A DNA stretch of 64,000 bases, from positions 7,712 to 71,711 of the IMG/VR virus record IMGVR_UViG_3300029049_000007; one strand, written 5' to 3'. The position numbers and the translations under genes were made by a program. Shown piece by piece: positions 56,653 to 64,000 of the stretch. Below the pieces are notes generated by a model. It did no database searches. It was given only the letters and a program-made list of their open reading frames with translations, and was not told the origin of the DNA. The stretch is from a virus. Position 1 is the first letter of the stretch. Each line of letters opens with the position of its first letter.

Positions 56653-57285
56653 TTGGATTATACTCTATTTTTTGATACCAATGCTCTTCTGAATCTTCAA
56701 GAACAAGCGTTTAAAGAGAAGTTTGTTATTGCTCAAAAAACTCTTGAAGAAATTGAAAGCATTAAATCTTCTTTTAATAAAGATGGAGAAGTAAAATATA
56801 AAGCTCGTAAGGTTGCTCATCTGCTAAACGACCGAGAGTCAGATTATGAAGTAATTCCTTACAGTCCAGAAATTCAAAACATTATTCAATTACATTATTT
56901 AGAAGAAACACCTGACAATATTATCCTCGCAAGTGCGTATTGCTATGATAATGCAGTAAATAAAGTCATTGTTGTTTCCGATGATTTAAACTGTAAATTC
57001 ATCAGCAAAAACATCTTTGATTTAACAACAAAAGGTATTGACGATATCAATATCGCAAAGAAAATTGAAAATTATAAAGGATATAAAGACGTTATTCTCT
57101 CTGATGAGGAAATGTCTTATTTTTACACTCATCTTTCGGAGAATATTTTTGAATGTATCTATGGAGAGTATTTAATTATCCGAAAATCTGATGGAGAAAT
57201 CGTGGACTACCGCAAGTGGAATGGGGCAGAATTATGCCGCGCTATCATATACACGCGTAAACAGCAATTTTCTTGGGGAAAATAA
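56653..57285 (+). CDS. PIN-domain protein (N-terminal half of a YlaK/PhoH2-type PIN-PhoH pair)
   Basis: TTG start. Acidic residues at PIN-like positions (LFFDTNALL, EEIESIK, VVSDDLN). Ends at a TAA immediately after the heptamer G_GGA_AAA. Confidence 0.55.
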   Translation: MDYTLFFDTNALLNLQEQAFKEKFVIAQKTLEEIESIKSSFNKDGEVKYKARKVAHLLNDRESDYEVIPYSPEIQNIIQLHYLEETPDNIILASAYCYDNAVNKVIVVSDDLNCKFISKNIFDLTTKGIDDINIAKKIENYKGYKDVILSDEEMSYFYTHLSENIFECIYGEYLIIRKSDGEIVDYRKWNGAELCRAIIYTRKQQFSWGK

Positions 57286-57893
57286 AGCCAATTAATCCAG
57301 AACAAATTTTAGGTTTTGATATGCTACAAGACGATTCTAAAACTATAAAAATACTGGCAGGAAAAGCCGGTAGCGGTAAAGATGCTATTATGATTGCAAA
57401 TGCAATAAAGATGATTGAAGACGGAAAATATGACAAGTTAATCTATGTTAGAAATCCCATTTCGGTACGAGATGTTAGCGAAATTGGTTTTCTTCCGGGT
57501 TCAGAGGAGGAAAAATTAAGCGTGTTCTCTCGCGCTCTCGCAGACCACTTAGGCGGGATCGAGGGGCTAGAAATGCTCATGTCTTCAGGTAAGGTAGAAA
57601 TAGAGCATCTTGGTTTCATCCGAGGAAGAGATTTAAAGAATGCAATCGTTTATTGCAGTGAAGCAGAAAATCTTACAAAAGACCATGTTCAGCTTTTAAT
57701 AAGTAGAATCGGAGAAGGTTCGTCTTTATGGATGAACGGAGATTATAAGCAAGTGGATAGTCCAACTTTCCGAATGAACAATGGATTATTATCTGCAATT
57801 CAAAAACTTGCAGGAAATGAATCATTTGGATATGTTCAACTTCAAAAGACTGAAAGAAGTAAAACTGCCGCATTAGCGGATTTATTAGATTAA
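57273..57893 (+). CDS. phoH: PhoH-like ATPase (C-terminal half of PIN-PhoH)
   Basis: Walker A GKAGSGKD. PhoH-like core (IYVRNPISV...GFLPGSEEEKL...HLGFIRGRDL). The start overlaps the PIN ORF in the -1 frame. Confidence 0.7.
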   Translation: MGKIKPINPEQILGFDMLQDDSKTIKILAGKAGSGKDAIMIANAIKMIEDGKYDKLIYVRNPISVRDVSEIGFLPGSEEEKLSVFSRALADHLGGIEGLEMLMSSGKVEIEHLGFIRGRDLKNAIVYCSEAENLTKDHVQLLISRIGEGSSLWMNGDYKQVDSPTFRMNNGLLSAIQKLAGNESFGYVQLQKTERSKTAALADLLD

Positions 57894-57920
57894 AATAAAG
57901 GAATCACAGGAGAACTATAT

Positions 57921-58577
57921 ATGGATACAATTTTAATTCCACCATCAGTATTTGACAGCGAAAGTGAATCTTTTTTCCCAGACCCAAAGGATTATACCTA
58001 TTGGGAAGCAAGAGAGTCTCGCATCTTCTATATTGATTGGGAATTAGATGAAATTTATAACGCCGTAGAATTATCAAAAATCATTATTCAGATGAATGTA
58101 AAAGAAAAAAACATCCCAGATAAAAACCTAAAGCCTATTTATCTTTTTATTCACTCTTATGGAGGAGATTTAGACCAGTGTCATACCCTTATAGATATTA
58201 TCTGTAGCAGTAGAATTCCTATTGTTACTGTCGCAATGGGTGTTGCTATGTCTGCAGGTTTTATGATTTTTCTGGCAGGACATAAGAGATATGCGTTCAA
58301 ACATTCAAACTTAATGGTACATAAAGGACAAGCGTCTATCTCCGGAACACCAGACCAGATTGAGCAGGCACAGAAGAATTATAAACGTCAGTTGAACGAT
58401 ATGAAGGAATTTATCCTTGCAAGAACAGAGATTCAAGAAAAAGTTTTTAATAGGAATGCAAATAAAGACTGGTTTCTTACAATTGAAGAACTTGAAAAAT
58501 ATAAAGTTGTAGACAAAATTATTGATAATTTTACAGATATCTTTGCAGATACTTGTACACTGGAGGAGATTTTTTAA
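57921..58577 (+). CDS. ClpP-family (S14) serine protease
   Basis: GVAMSAGFMIF aligns with ClpP GQAASMGAFLL around the catalytic Ser. Downstream His (HKGQ). Confidence 0.65.
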   Translation: MDTILIPPSVFDSESESFFPDPKDYTYWEARESRIFYIDWELDEIYNAVELSKIIIQMNVKEKNIPDKNLKPIYLFIHSYGGDLDQCHTLIDIICSSRIPIVTVAMGVAMSAGFMIFLAGHKRYAFKHSNLMVHKGQASISGTPDQIEQAQKNYKRQLNDMKEFILARTEIQEKVFNRNANKDWFLTIEELEKYKVVDKIIDNFTDIFADTCTLEEIF

Positions 58578-58783
58578 TGGCAAAAATTTATACAAAAGTT
58601 AGAACCATTACAGATACAATTAAAATTAAGAAAGGTACTATTTCTGAGGATGGAACAAAAATCAGCTTTGTAGAAGACGATGTTGATTATGAAGTTCCGA
58701 TTTCAGATGTTTTCAAGCCGTTTAGAGGCCAAGACTTCTCTCTCACTCTCACGTCAAAAGAAGAGCGTGATTTAGAAGATTAG
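58577..58783 (+). CDS. hypothetical small protein
   Basis: ATG after GGAG (MAKIYTKV...). The track ORF starts slightly earlier. Confidence 0.35.
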   Translation: MAKIYTKVRTITDTIKIKKGTISEDGTKISFVEDDVDYEVPISDVFKPFRGQDFSLTLTSKEERDLED

Positions 58784-58791
58784 GAGGCACT

Positions 58792-60015
58792 ATGGTAGAT
58801 TTACATGTGCTTCCCGGCGAAAATGCCGAAAAATATCTTTGGAGAATTGGACAGGCAAAGGATTCTGGCGAACTCGCGCTCGGCTGGAACGAGATTTCAA
58901 AATTGATGAATGAAAAATTCATTGATGATGAAATCGACTATAAGGGCAGCAGCGCATGGCGAAAAGATTATCGAACAACAAAAAAGTTTTTTGATGCTGG
59001 TGTTTTCGACAATTCCGACAAAGATAAAGAATTAAAAGACAAGAAACTCGAATTAGAAAAAGAACGAAAAAAATTGCAGACAGAAAAAATCGAGTATAAT
59101 CGCTGGATTAGAGAAGATGCTCGAGATGAGATGATTTTAGAAAGTATCTGCAACGCTATGAAGACTCTTCCCTCTATTTCACGCCCGCGTCCTATATTTA
59201 TTCCTCATAATCTTTCACAAGAGAAGGAATATCTTTTATGTATTGCTGACGCACATTATGGAGTAGAGTTTACATTGCCAGATTTATTGGGCAACAACAT
59301 AAACGCATATAGTCCAGAGATATTTGAAAATAGAATGTGGAAACTTCTTGATGAAGTTATTTCTATCATCAGAAAGGAAGACATCTCTCATCTGAACGTA
59401 TGGGAACTCGGAGATGGAATTGAAGGAATTTTAAGACTTACATCTCAGCTAATGAAGCTTAGATATGGAATTATTGACTCTTCTCTTCGTTATGCAAATT
59501 TCTTGGCAAGCTGGCTACTCGAACTTAGCAAATATGTAGAAATATCTTTTCAGATGGTAAAAGACTCGAATCACTGCCAGTTAAGAATCTGTAATGCAAA
59601 GAAAAACGCGTTTCCAGAGGAAAATATGTCTAAAGTCGTTTTGGCGTTTTTAAAAGAACGCCTTAAAGATGTTGACAGAATCACAATTTCAGAAAATCCG
59701 ACTGGTTTTACATTTGATAATTTTTGCGGCTCATATACTCTCGGCAATCACGGAGAAATGAAGAATTTCGCAAGTTCTGTAAATGATTTTGAAAGACTAT
59801 ATAATCAGCAGGTAGACTATGTTATCTGCGGACATGTACATCATTTCAAGGCGGAAGAAGTCGGAAAAAATTCTGAAGTAATCGCATGTCGTTCTATTAT
59901 GGGTGGAGACCCGTATGGCGCATCTCTAAATAGAGTTTCTAATGCAGGCGCATCGTTATTCGTTTTCGAAAATGGAAAAGGAAAAACCTGCGAATACACA
60001 ATTAAATTAGATTAG
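58792..60015 (+). CDS. metallophosphoesterase with 140-aa N-terminal extension
   Basis: CIADAHYG, ELGDGIEG, GNHGE and CGHVHHF match the calcineurin-like motif order. Confidence 0.6.
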   Translation: MVDLHVLPGENAEKYLWRIGQAKDSGELALGWNEISKLMNEKFIDDEIDYKGSSAWRKDYRTTKKFFDAGVFDNSDKDKELKDKKLELEKERKKLQTEKIEYNRWIREDARDEMILESICNAMKTLPSISRPRPIFIPHNLSQEKEYLLCIADAHYGVEFTLPDLLGNNINAYSPEIFENRMWKLLDEVISIIRKEDISHLNVWELGDGIEGILRLTSQLMKLRYGIIDSSLRYANFLASWLLELSKYVEISFQMVKDSNHCQLRICNAKKNAFPEENMSKVVLAFLKERLKDVDRITISENPTGFTFDNFCGSYTLGNHGEMKNFASSVNDFERLYNQQVDYVICGHVHHFKAEEVGKNSEVIACRSIMGGDPYGASLNRVSNAGASLFVFENGKGKTCEYTIKLD

Positions 60016-60085
60016 ATAATTTGAGGGAAATATCTCCCTCTTATTTTATACAAACAAAAAAGGATTTAAAAAGGAGAAAATTATT

Positions 60086-60376
60086 ATGGTAAGAAAAAAT
60101 GAATTTATTACAGCAATCGTAAAAAAAGTTGACGGATTAACAAAGAAAGATACAGCAATTATCTTAGATGCTATTTCTGAGACAATTACAGAGTGTCTTG
60201 TAGCTGGCGGCAAAGGAGAAAAGATTAATCTTCCGGGACTTGGTTCATTAGAAGTAAGAGAAAGAGCTGGACGAGAAGGAAGAAATCCTCAGACTGGCGA
60301 AAAGATTGATATTCCTGCAAAGCTTTATGTGAAGTTTAAAGCATCTAAGGCTTTTAAAGACGCTATCGCCGAATAA
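60086..60376 (+). CDS. hup: HU/IHF-family DNA-binding protein
   Basis: 96 aa. MVRKNEFITAIVKK...GLGSLEVRERAGREGRNPQTGEKIDIPA is the arm motif. Confidence 0.9.
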   Translation: MVRKNEFITAIVKKVDGLTKKDTAIILDAISETITECLVAGGKGEKINLPGLGSLEVRERAGREGRNPQTGEKIDIPAKLYVKFKASKAFKDAIAE

Positions 60377-60386
60377 TGGAGGATTT

Positions 60387-60848
60387 ATGAGATTTATAGA
60401 TTTTGATTCTATGTCAGATTTCGCTGAAAAGCTTATTCAGGCATCTGTATCTAGTGGCGACAAAAATCGTTATTGCGGAGTTGCTGTATGCAATTACGCA
60501 GTGGCCACTGGGCTTCTCGAAGAATTAGCAAAACGCAGTCAAAAATTCAGACACATTGATTTATCTGCTCCCGAAGTATCTGGCTATCTTAAAGAATATG
60601 CCATTATGGTGACAGAAAAAGGAATTTACTGCGAAAAAATGTATAAGCCGAATAATATGCGCCTTAATTTTAGAGGTTGTACTATTCCGGTATATGTTCA
60701 CGGAGAATGTTTTGACGAAATTGAAAATCTTGTAAATAAAGATTCTTTCGCGTTCAACATTATCCCTAAAGAATATAAGAAAGCAGAAAAGCAGCCGGAT
60801 AACACTGCTCCTTCTGTTTACAGATTAATCTGGGAAAACTTTAGTTAA
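60387..60848 (+). CDS. hypothetical protein
   Basis: 153 aa with a GGAGGA RBS. Confidence 0.45.
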   Translation: MRFIDFDSMSDFAEKLIQASVSSGDKNRYCGVAVCNYAVATGLLEELAKRSQKFRHIDLSAPEVSGYLKEYAIMVTEKGIYCEKMYKPNNMRLNFRGCTIPVYVHGECFDEIENLVNKDSFAFNIIPKEYKKAEKQPDNTAPSVYRLIWENFS

Positions 60849-60868
60849 TCTTAGATTATATTGAATTT

Positions 60869-60892
60869 TATAGAGCGGAAGCCGCTCTTTAT
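60869..60892 (+). terminator. intrinsic terminator
   Basis: GAGCGG-AAG-CCGCTC followed by TTTATT. Confidence 0.5.
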
Positions 60893-60964
60893 TGGCTGTT
60901 GGCGAAACGGAAACGCAACGGAATTTGACTCCGTGAATTCAGGGTTCGAATCCCTGGCGGCCAG
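60893..60964 (+). tRNA. tRNA-Gln (anticodon UUG)
   Basis: Complete manual cloverleaf: acceptor TGGCTGT/GCGGCCA, D-arm GCG-AAACGGAAA-CGC, anticodon arm ACGGA-ATTTGAC-TCCGT, variable GAATT, T-arm CAGGG-TTCGAAT-CCCTG, discriminator G. No encoded CCA. Confidence 0.7.
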
Positions 60965-61116
60965 TATTTAATTGATAGTGATTTATAGAAATACAGAATG
61001 TTTGCATTCAGGCAAAGGCACATGAGCGCCCTCTTGCCTTATAGACCACTATCACTAGCCCTTGGCTATCTTCGTGATGGTTGAGGGCATTTTTTGGCTT
61101 TTTTACGAGAAAGGAT

Positions 61117-62418
61117 GTGATTCTTCTGGCAACTACACAAACAAAAACTCGAGGCAAAGGAAAGAATCCTCCTGTTGCGGAAGTTCGTGCCGAAAATGAA
61201 AAATTAAAAGCTGAATTAGAACGTATTAAAAATAGTGCCTATTGCCATATGTGTGACAAACACAGGTCGAGAATATATTTTTACGAAAATTATGATCCTC
61301 GGAGTAAAGGAAAAGTCTCTCCTATTTGCATCGACTGTGCAAGAAAAATTGCCATGCGAACAGACGATAAAGGGATTGAGCATTCTCCAACAAAAGAGTC
61401 CCTAATTGAAGCGTTAAGATATGTAGATAAACCATTTTTCGAATCACTATACAATTCCAGTATTGAAGAATCAAAAAATGAATTTTCTGGACAGACACCG
61501 AAAACATTTTACGGTTGTTACATGAAGAATATTCAAATGCCGCAATATCGGACGTACAGATTTAAAGATTCTGACATATTTCAAATACCGGATTCTTCTC
61601 CAGAAAAGGAAATTGACGAGCAAGAAATGATTGCTTCTAAAGAGGGATTAGATGTGTATGATAGTTTTCAGAAAAACAAAGAAGATGTTATCCGATTATT
61701 AGACTACGACCCTTTTGAGCAAGAATCTGTAAAAGACCAACCACTCTTATACTCTCAACTTCTTGGAATGTTAGATGCTGACGGAGAAGGAAATGACGAC
61801 ATGATGCGAATTGCTTCTTGCGTGTCTATCGTTAGAAGCTTCTTACACCAGTCTAAAATCGACGATGCAGTAACGAAAATGATGATAGACCCGCTAAGAA
61901 TAAAGGATAATTCTGCGAGTATAAAATCACTGGAATCCAGTAAAGGTGACATTACTAGAAATATCACAAATTTAGCGGCAGAAAGCTGCATCTCATTGAA
62001 AAATAATAAAAATGCAAAAAAAGGCGAAAATACTTGGACTGGCAAAACAAAGAAAATGAAAAACCTGAATCTTCGAGAAAGCGAAGTAAATGGGTTTGAT
62101 GTTTGGACTTGTCGGGGTATGCAACAGGTTATGGAGATGAGCGACGCATCTATTATGAAGCAGCTTAATCTTGATGAGTCTGAATGGTCTGATATTGTTG
62201 CCGAACAGCGAGTGTTGCTTAGAAAAACTCAAGAAAATTGTCGGCAATACGAAGAAATATCGCGAATTTTGCTTAGAGAGAATATTGATTTAAAGGATTT
62301 ATTAAGAGAACATGATTTGTTAGAAGAAGATAATCTTGTTGACTTAGATAAACTATATTCTTGTTTCTCTGGCGAAAATGAGGAGGCTGTCTCAAATGAC
62401 AATCAATCCGAAAGCTGA
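61117..62418 (+). CDS. zinc-ribbon-containing protein upstream of terL; possible small terminase subunit/DNA-packaging protein
   Basis: The track TTG start at 61081 lies inside a terminator hairpin, so GTG 61117 (or ATG 61249) is preferred. Basic N-terminus, coiled coil, then CHMCDKH...CIDCARK. Immediately precedes and overlaps terL. Confidence 0.3.
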   Translation: MILLATTQTKTRGKGKNPPVAEVRAENEKLKAELERIKNSAYCHMCDKHRSRIYFYENYDPRSKGKVSPICIDCARKIAMRTDDKGIEHSPTKESLIEALRYVDKPFFESLYNSSIEESKNEFSGQTPKTFYGCYMKNIQMPQYRTYRFKDSDIFQIPDSSPEKEIDEQEMIASKEGLDVYDSFQKNKEDVIRLLDYDPFEQESVKDQPLLYSQLLGMLDADGEGNDDMMRIASCVSIVRSFLHQSKIDDAVTKMMIDPLRIKDNSASIKSLESSKGDITRNITNLAAESCISLKNNKNAKKGENTWTGKTKKMKNLNLRESEVNGFDVWTCRGMQQVMEMSDASIMKQLNLDESEWSDIVAEQRVLLRKTQENCRQYEEISRILLRENIDLKDLLREHDLLEEDNLVDLDKLYSCFSGENEEAVSNDNQSES

Positions 62419-64000
62419 GAAAACAATCAATGAAATTTATTCAAAAGTAAATATCGAAGATTATAATATTAAAATTTCCGACAAAAAGACTTTAAATGAA
62501 AAATATTTAAAAAATATATTCGGCGAAGCAGACAATAATACTATCTACGTTCGTCCGGGAATATACGCCATGTCTACTAGAAAAATCGAATCTCTCATTG
62601 CTCTTGCCGAAATCCAAAGATATTATCAAGCAAATCCTGTTCGGTTTATTGATGACTGGTTCAATATCGAACTGCTTGACGCGCAAGCATATATCGTTCA
62701 AAGGGCTTGGGTATGTCCAAATGTGTTACTGGTATGTAGTCGTGGATTTGGTAAATCTACAATTACAGATATTATCATTATGGCAAAAGATATGCTGTTT
62801 TCAAATTACTGGAGCTATATTGCTAGTGGTTCTGGTAGTCAGGCTGAACAGACTTTTACGACTCTTGAAAAACTTGCGAACGATAATATTGATAGCATGA
62901 TGGGTTCTACTGGCTATATTTTTAAAGATGAGGTCGAAGTTAAAAATGCCGCCGGAGACGGATTCAGTCATTCATCTGATGGGTTCTCGTACTCTCTCTA
63001 CAATGGTTCAATGACGAAAACACTTAATAGTAACGTTGACAAGAAGCGCGGCGCAAGAGGCAACTTAGTTGTTTTTGATGAGTGTGGATTCTTAGACGCA
63101 GATATGATGCATACATATGCTGCTTTTGTCATTGTTAATAAAGGGTTTGCTACCGGAAAAGACAGAGATGGAAATTCGATAGACATAAATCGACTTCGTT
63201 CTATCCCCTCTCCTATTCCTAATCAGCTCTTTTATATTAGTTCCGCTTCAAGCGTGGATACTGAATTTTATAGGTTATACAGAGACTTCTCTAAGAGAAT
63301 GATTATGGGCGACACCGATTATTTTGTTGCTCAAATTGATTGCGAGATTGTTTTGAAGCCAACAAAACGAGGTAAAGTTATCGCTCCTCTCTACTCTCGC
63401 TCCACTATCGAAGCAGCAATGAGAACCAATCCCGAAAAAGCTCGTAGAGAATATTATTGCGAGTTTACTACAGATGCTGGAGTTAATGCAATCGTTCGGC
63501 GAGGAGTTATTACTCGAAATGAAGAGACCCGTAAACCACTTCTATACAATGATACTGGCGACAAAAAATTCATTATTGCATATGACCCTGCTCGTTCACG
63601 AGATAATTCTGTAATTCTTGTATGTGAGGTATACGACTTTGTGCAGGTAAACGGAACTATCGATAAAAGAATGAGAATTGTTAATTGCATTAATCTTGTA
63701 GATGTCGGGAAAAAGATAAAATCCCCGATGCAGACACCAGATCAGATTGAATATTTAAAGAAAGTCATTCTTGATTATAATGGCGGAGCAGATGCTTATG
63801 GGAATATCTTGGCCGTATATATTGATGCAGGTTCTGGCGGTGGTGGTGTAAATATTGCGGACTATCTTATGCCAGACTGGACAGATAAATTTGGAATTGT
63901 TCATCGTGGCTTAATAGACAAAGAATATTCTGCTGAATACGTGAAAAAATTCCCTAATGCCGTAGATAAAATCCGTCTTATGTCTCCTGCTAAGTATAAA
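62396..64000 (+). CDS. terL: terminase large subunit (3' end runs past window end)
   Basis: Not in the ORF track because it has no stop. ATG 9 nt after AGGAGG. ATPase Walker A-like LVCSRGFGKST and Walker B NLVVFDECGF. RNaseH-like nuclease segment IIAYDPARSRDNSVILVCE. Confidence 0.8.
   Translation, partial: MTINPKAEKTINEIYSKVNIEDYNIKISDKKTLNEKYLKNIFGEADNNTIYVRPGIYAMSTRKIESLIALAEIQRYYQANPVRFIDDWFNIELLDAQAYIVQRAWVCPNVLLVCSRGFGKSTITDIIIMAKDMLFSNYWSYIASGSGSQAEQTFTTLEKLANDNIDSMMGSTGYIFKDEVEVKNAAGDGFSHSSDGFSYSLYNGSMTKTLNSNVDKKRGARGNLVVFDECGFLDADMMHTYAAFVIVNKGFATGKDRDGNSIDINRLRSIPSPIPNQLFYISSASSVDTEFYRLYRDFSKRMIMGDTDYFVAQIDCEIVLKPTKRGKVIAPLYSRSTIEAAMRTNPEKARREYYCEFTTDAGVNAIVRRGVITRNEETRKPLLYNDTGDKKFIIAYDPARSRDNSVILVCEVYDFVQVNGTIDKRMRIVNCINLVDVGKKIKSPMQTPDQIEYLKKVILDYNGGADAYGNILAVYIDAGSGGGGVNIADYLMPDWTDKFGIVHRGLIDKEYSAEYVKKFPNAVDKIRLMSPAKYK

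Noticed and set aside
61081-61116. TTG start at 61081 for the pre-terminase ORF
   Set aside because: Lies within the UUCG-loop terminator hairpin and its T-run. The downstream GTG/ATG is more plausible.
1-64000. CRISPR array, rRNA, IS/transposase
   Set aside because: No spaced direct repeats of 25-40 nt and no transposase-like ORF found. Only the short repeat families noted above.

Overview
Low-GC (roughly mid-30s %) densely packed phage-like replicon, most likely a large Firmicutes phage or phage-plasmid. AGGAGG Shine-Dalgarno sites and frequent TTG/GTG starts fit that host range. Positions 1-49233 are almost entirely one leftward (minus-strand) array of about 85 genes. Recognisable genes in it: a GIY-YIG endonuclease (partial at the window edge), a cargo-like ABC importer ATPase/permease pair with a PspA-like protein, and two metallophosphoesterases. 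The replisome module follows: an ERCC4/XPF-like nuclease, a DnaE-type Pol III alpha, a DnaG-like primase, a DnaB-like helicase and SSB. A recombination pair (Cas4-like PD-(D/E)XK nuclease plus Sak/Rad52-like annealase) and an SPFH/band-7 protein come next. Then an unusual sigma-70-like/DUF262 fusion protein, an HNH endonuclease, a mid-genome tyrosine recombinase and a radical SAM enzyme. After that come dozens of small unknown ORFs, an island with two RHH proteins, a classic AAA ATPase, HicA, two tandem paralogs and an M42/M20-like peptidase. The array ends with a 609-aa protein carrying a CxxC-repeat tail, several secreted/lipoproteins and two genes sharing a duplicated leader. A 1.45-kb non-coding divergent hub (49234-50680) carries perfect DnaA boxes, a 13-17 nt repeat family and terminators, and looks like an origin/control region. 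Rightward genes follow: a winged-helix initiator-like protein and a 904-aa protein with a DYDSD motif that is a candidate single-subunit RNA polymerase (speculative). Beyond these lie a tRNA cluster, a PIN and PhoH pair split exactly at a G_GGA_AAA -1 slippery heptamer, a ClpP-like protease, a third metallophosphoesterase, HU and tRNA-Gln(UUG). The last two genes are a zinc-ribbon protein (possible small terminase) and the terminase large subunit, which runs off the window end. No CRISPR array, rRNA or transposase was seen. Prophage ends/att sites are not identifiable in the window.
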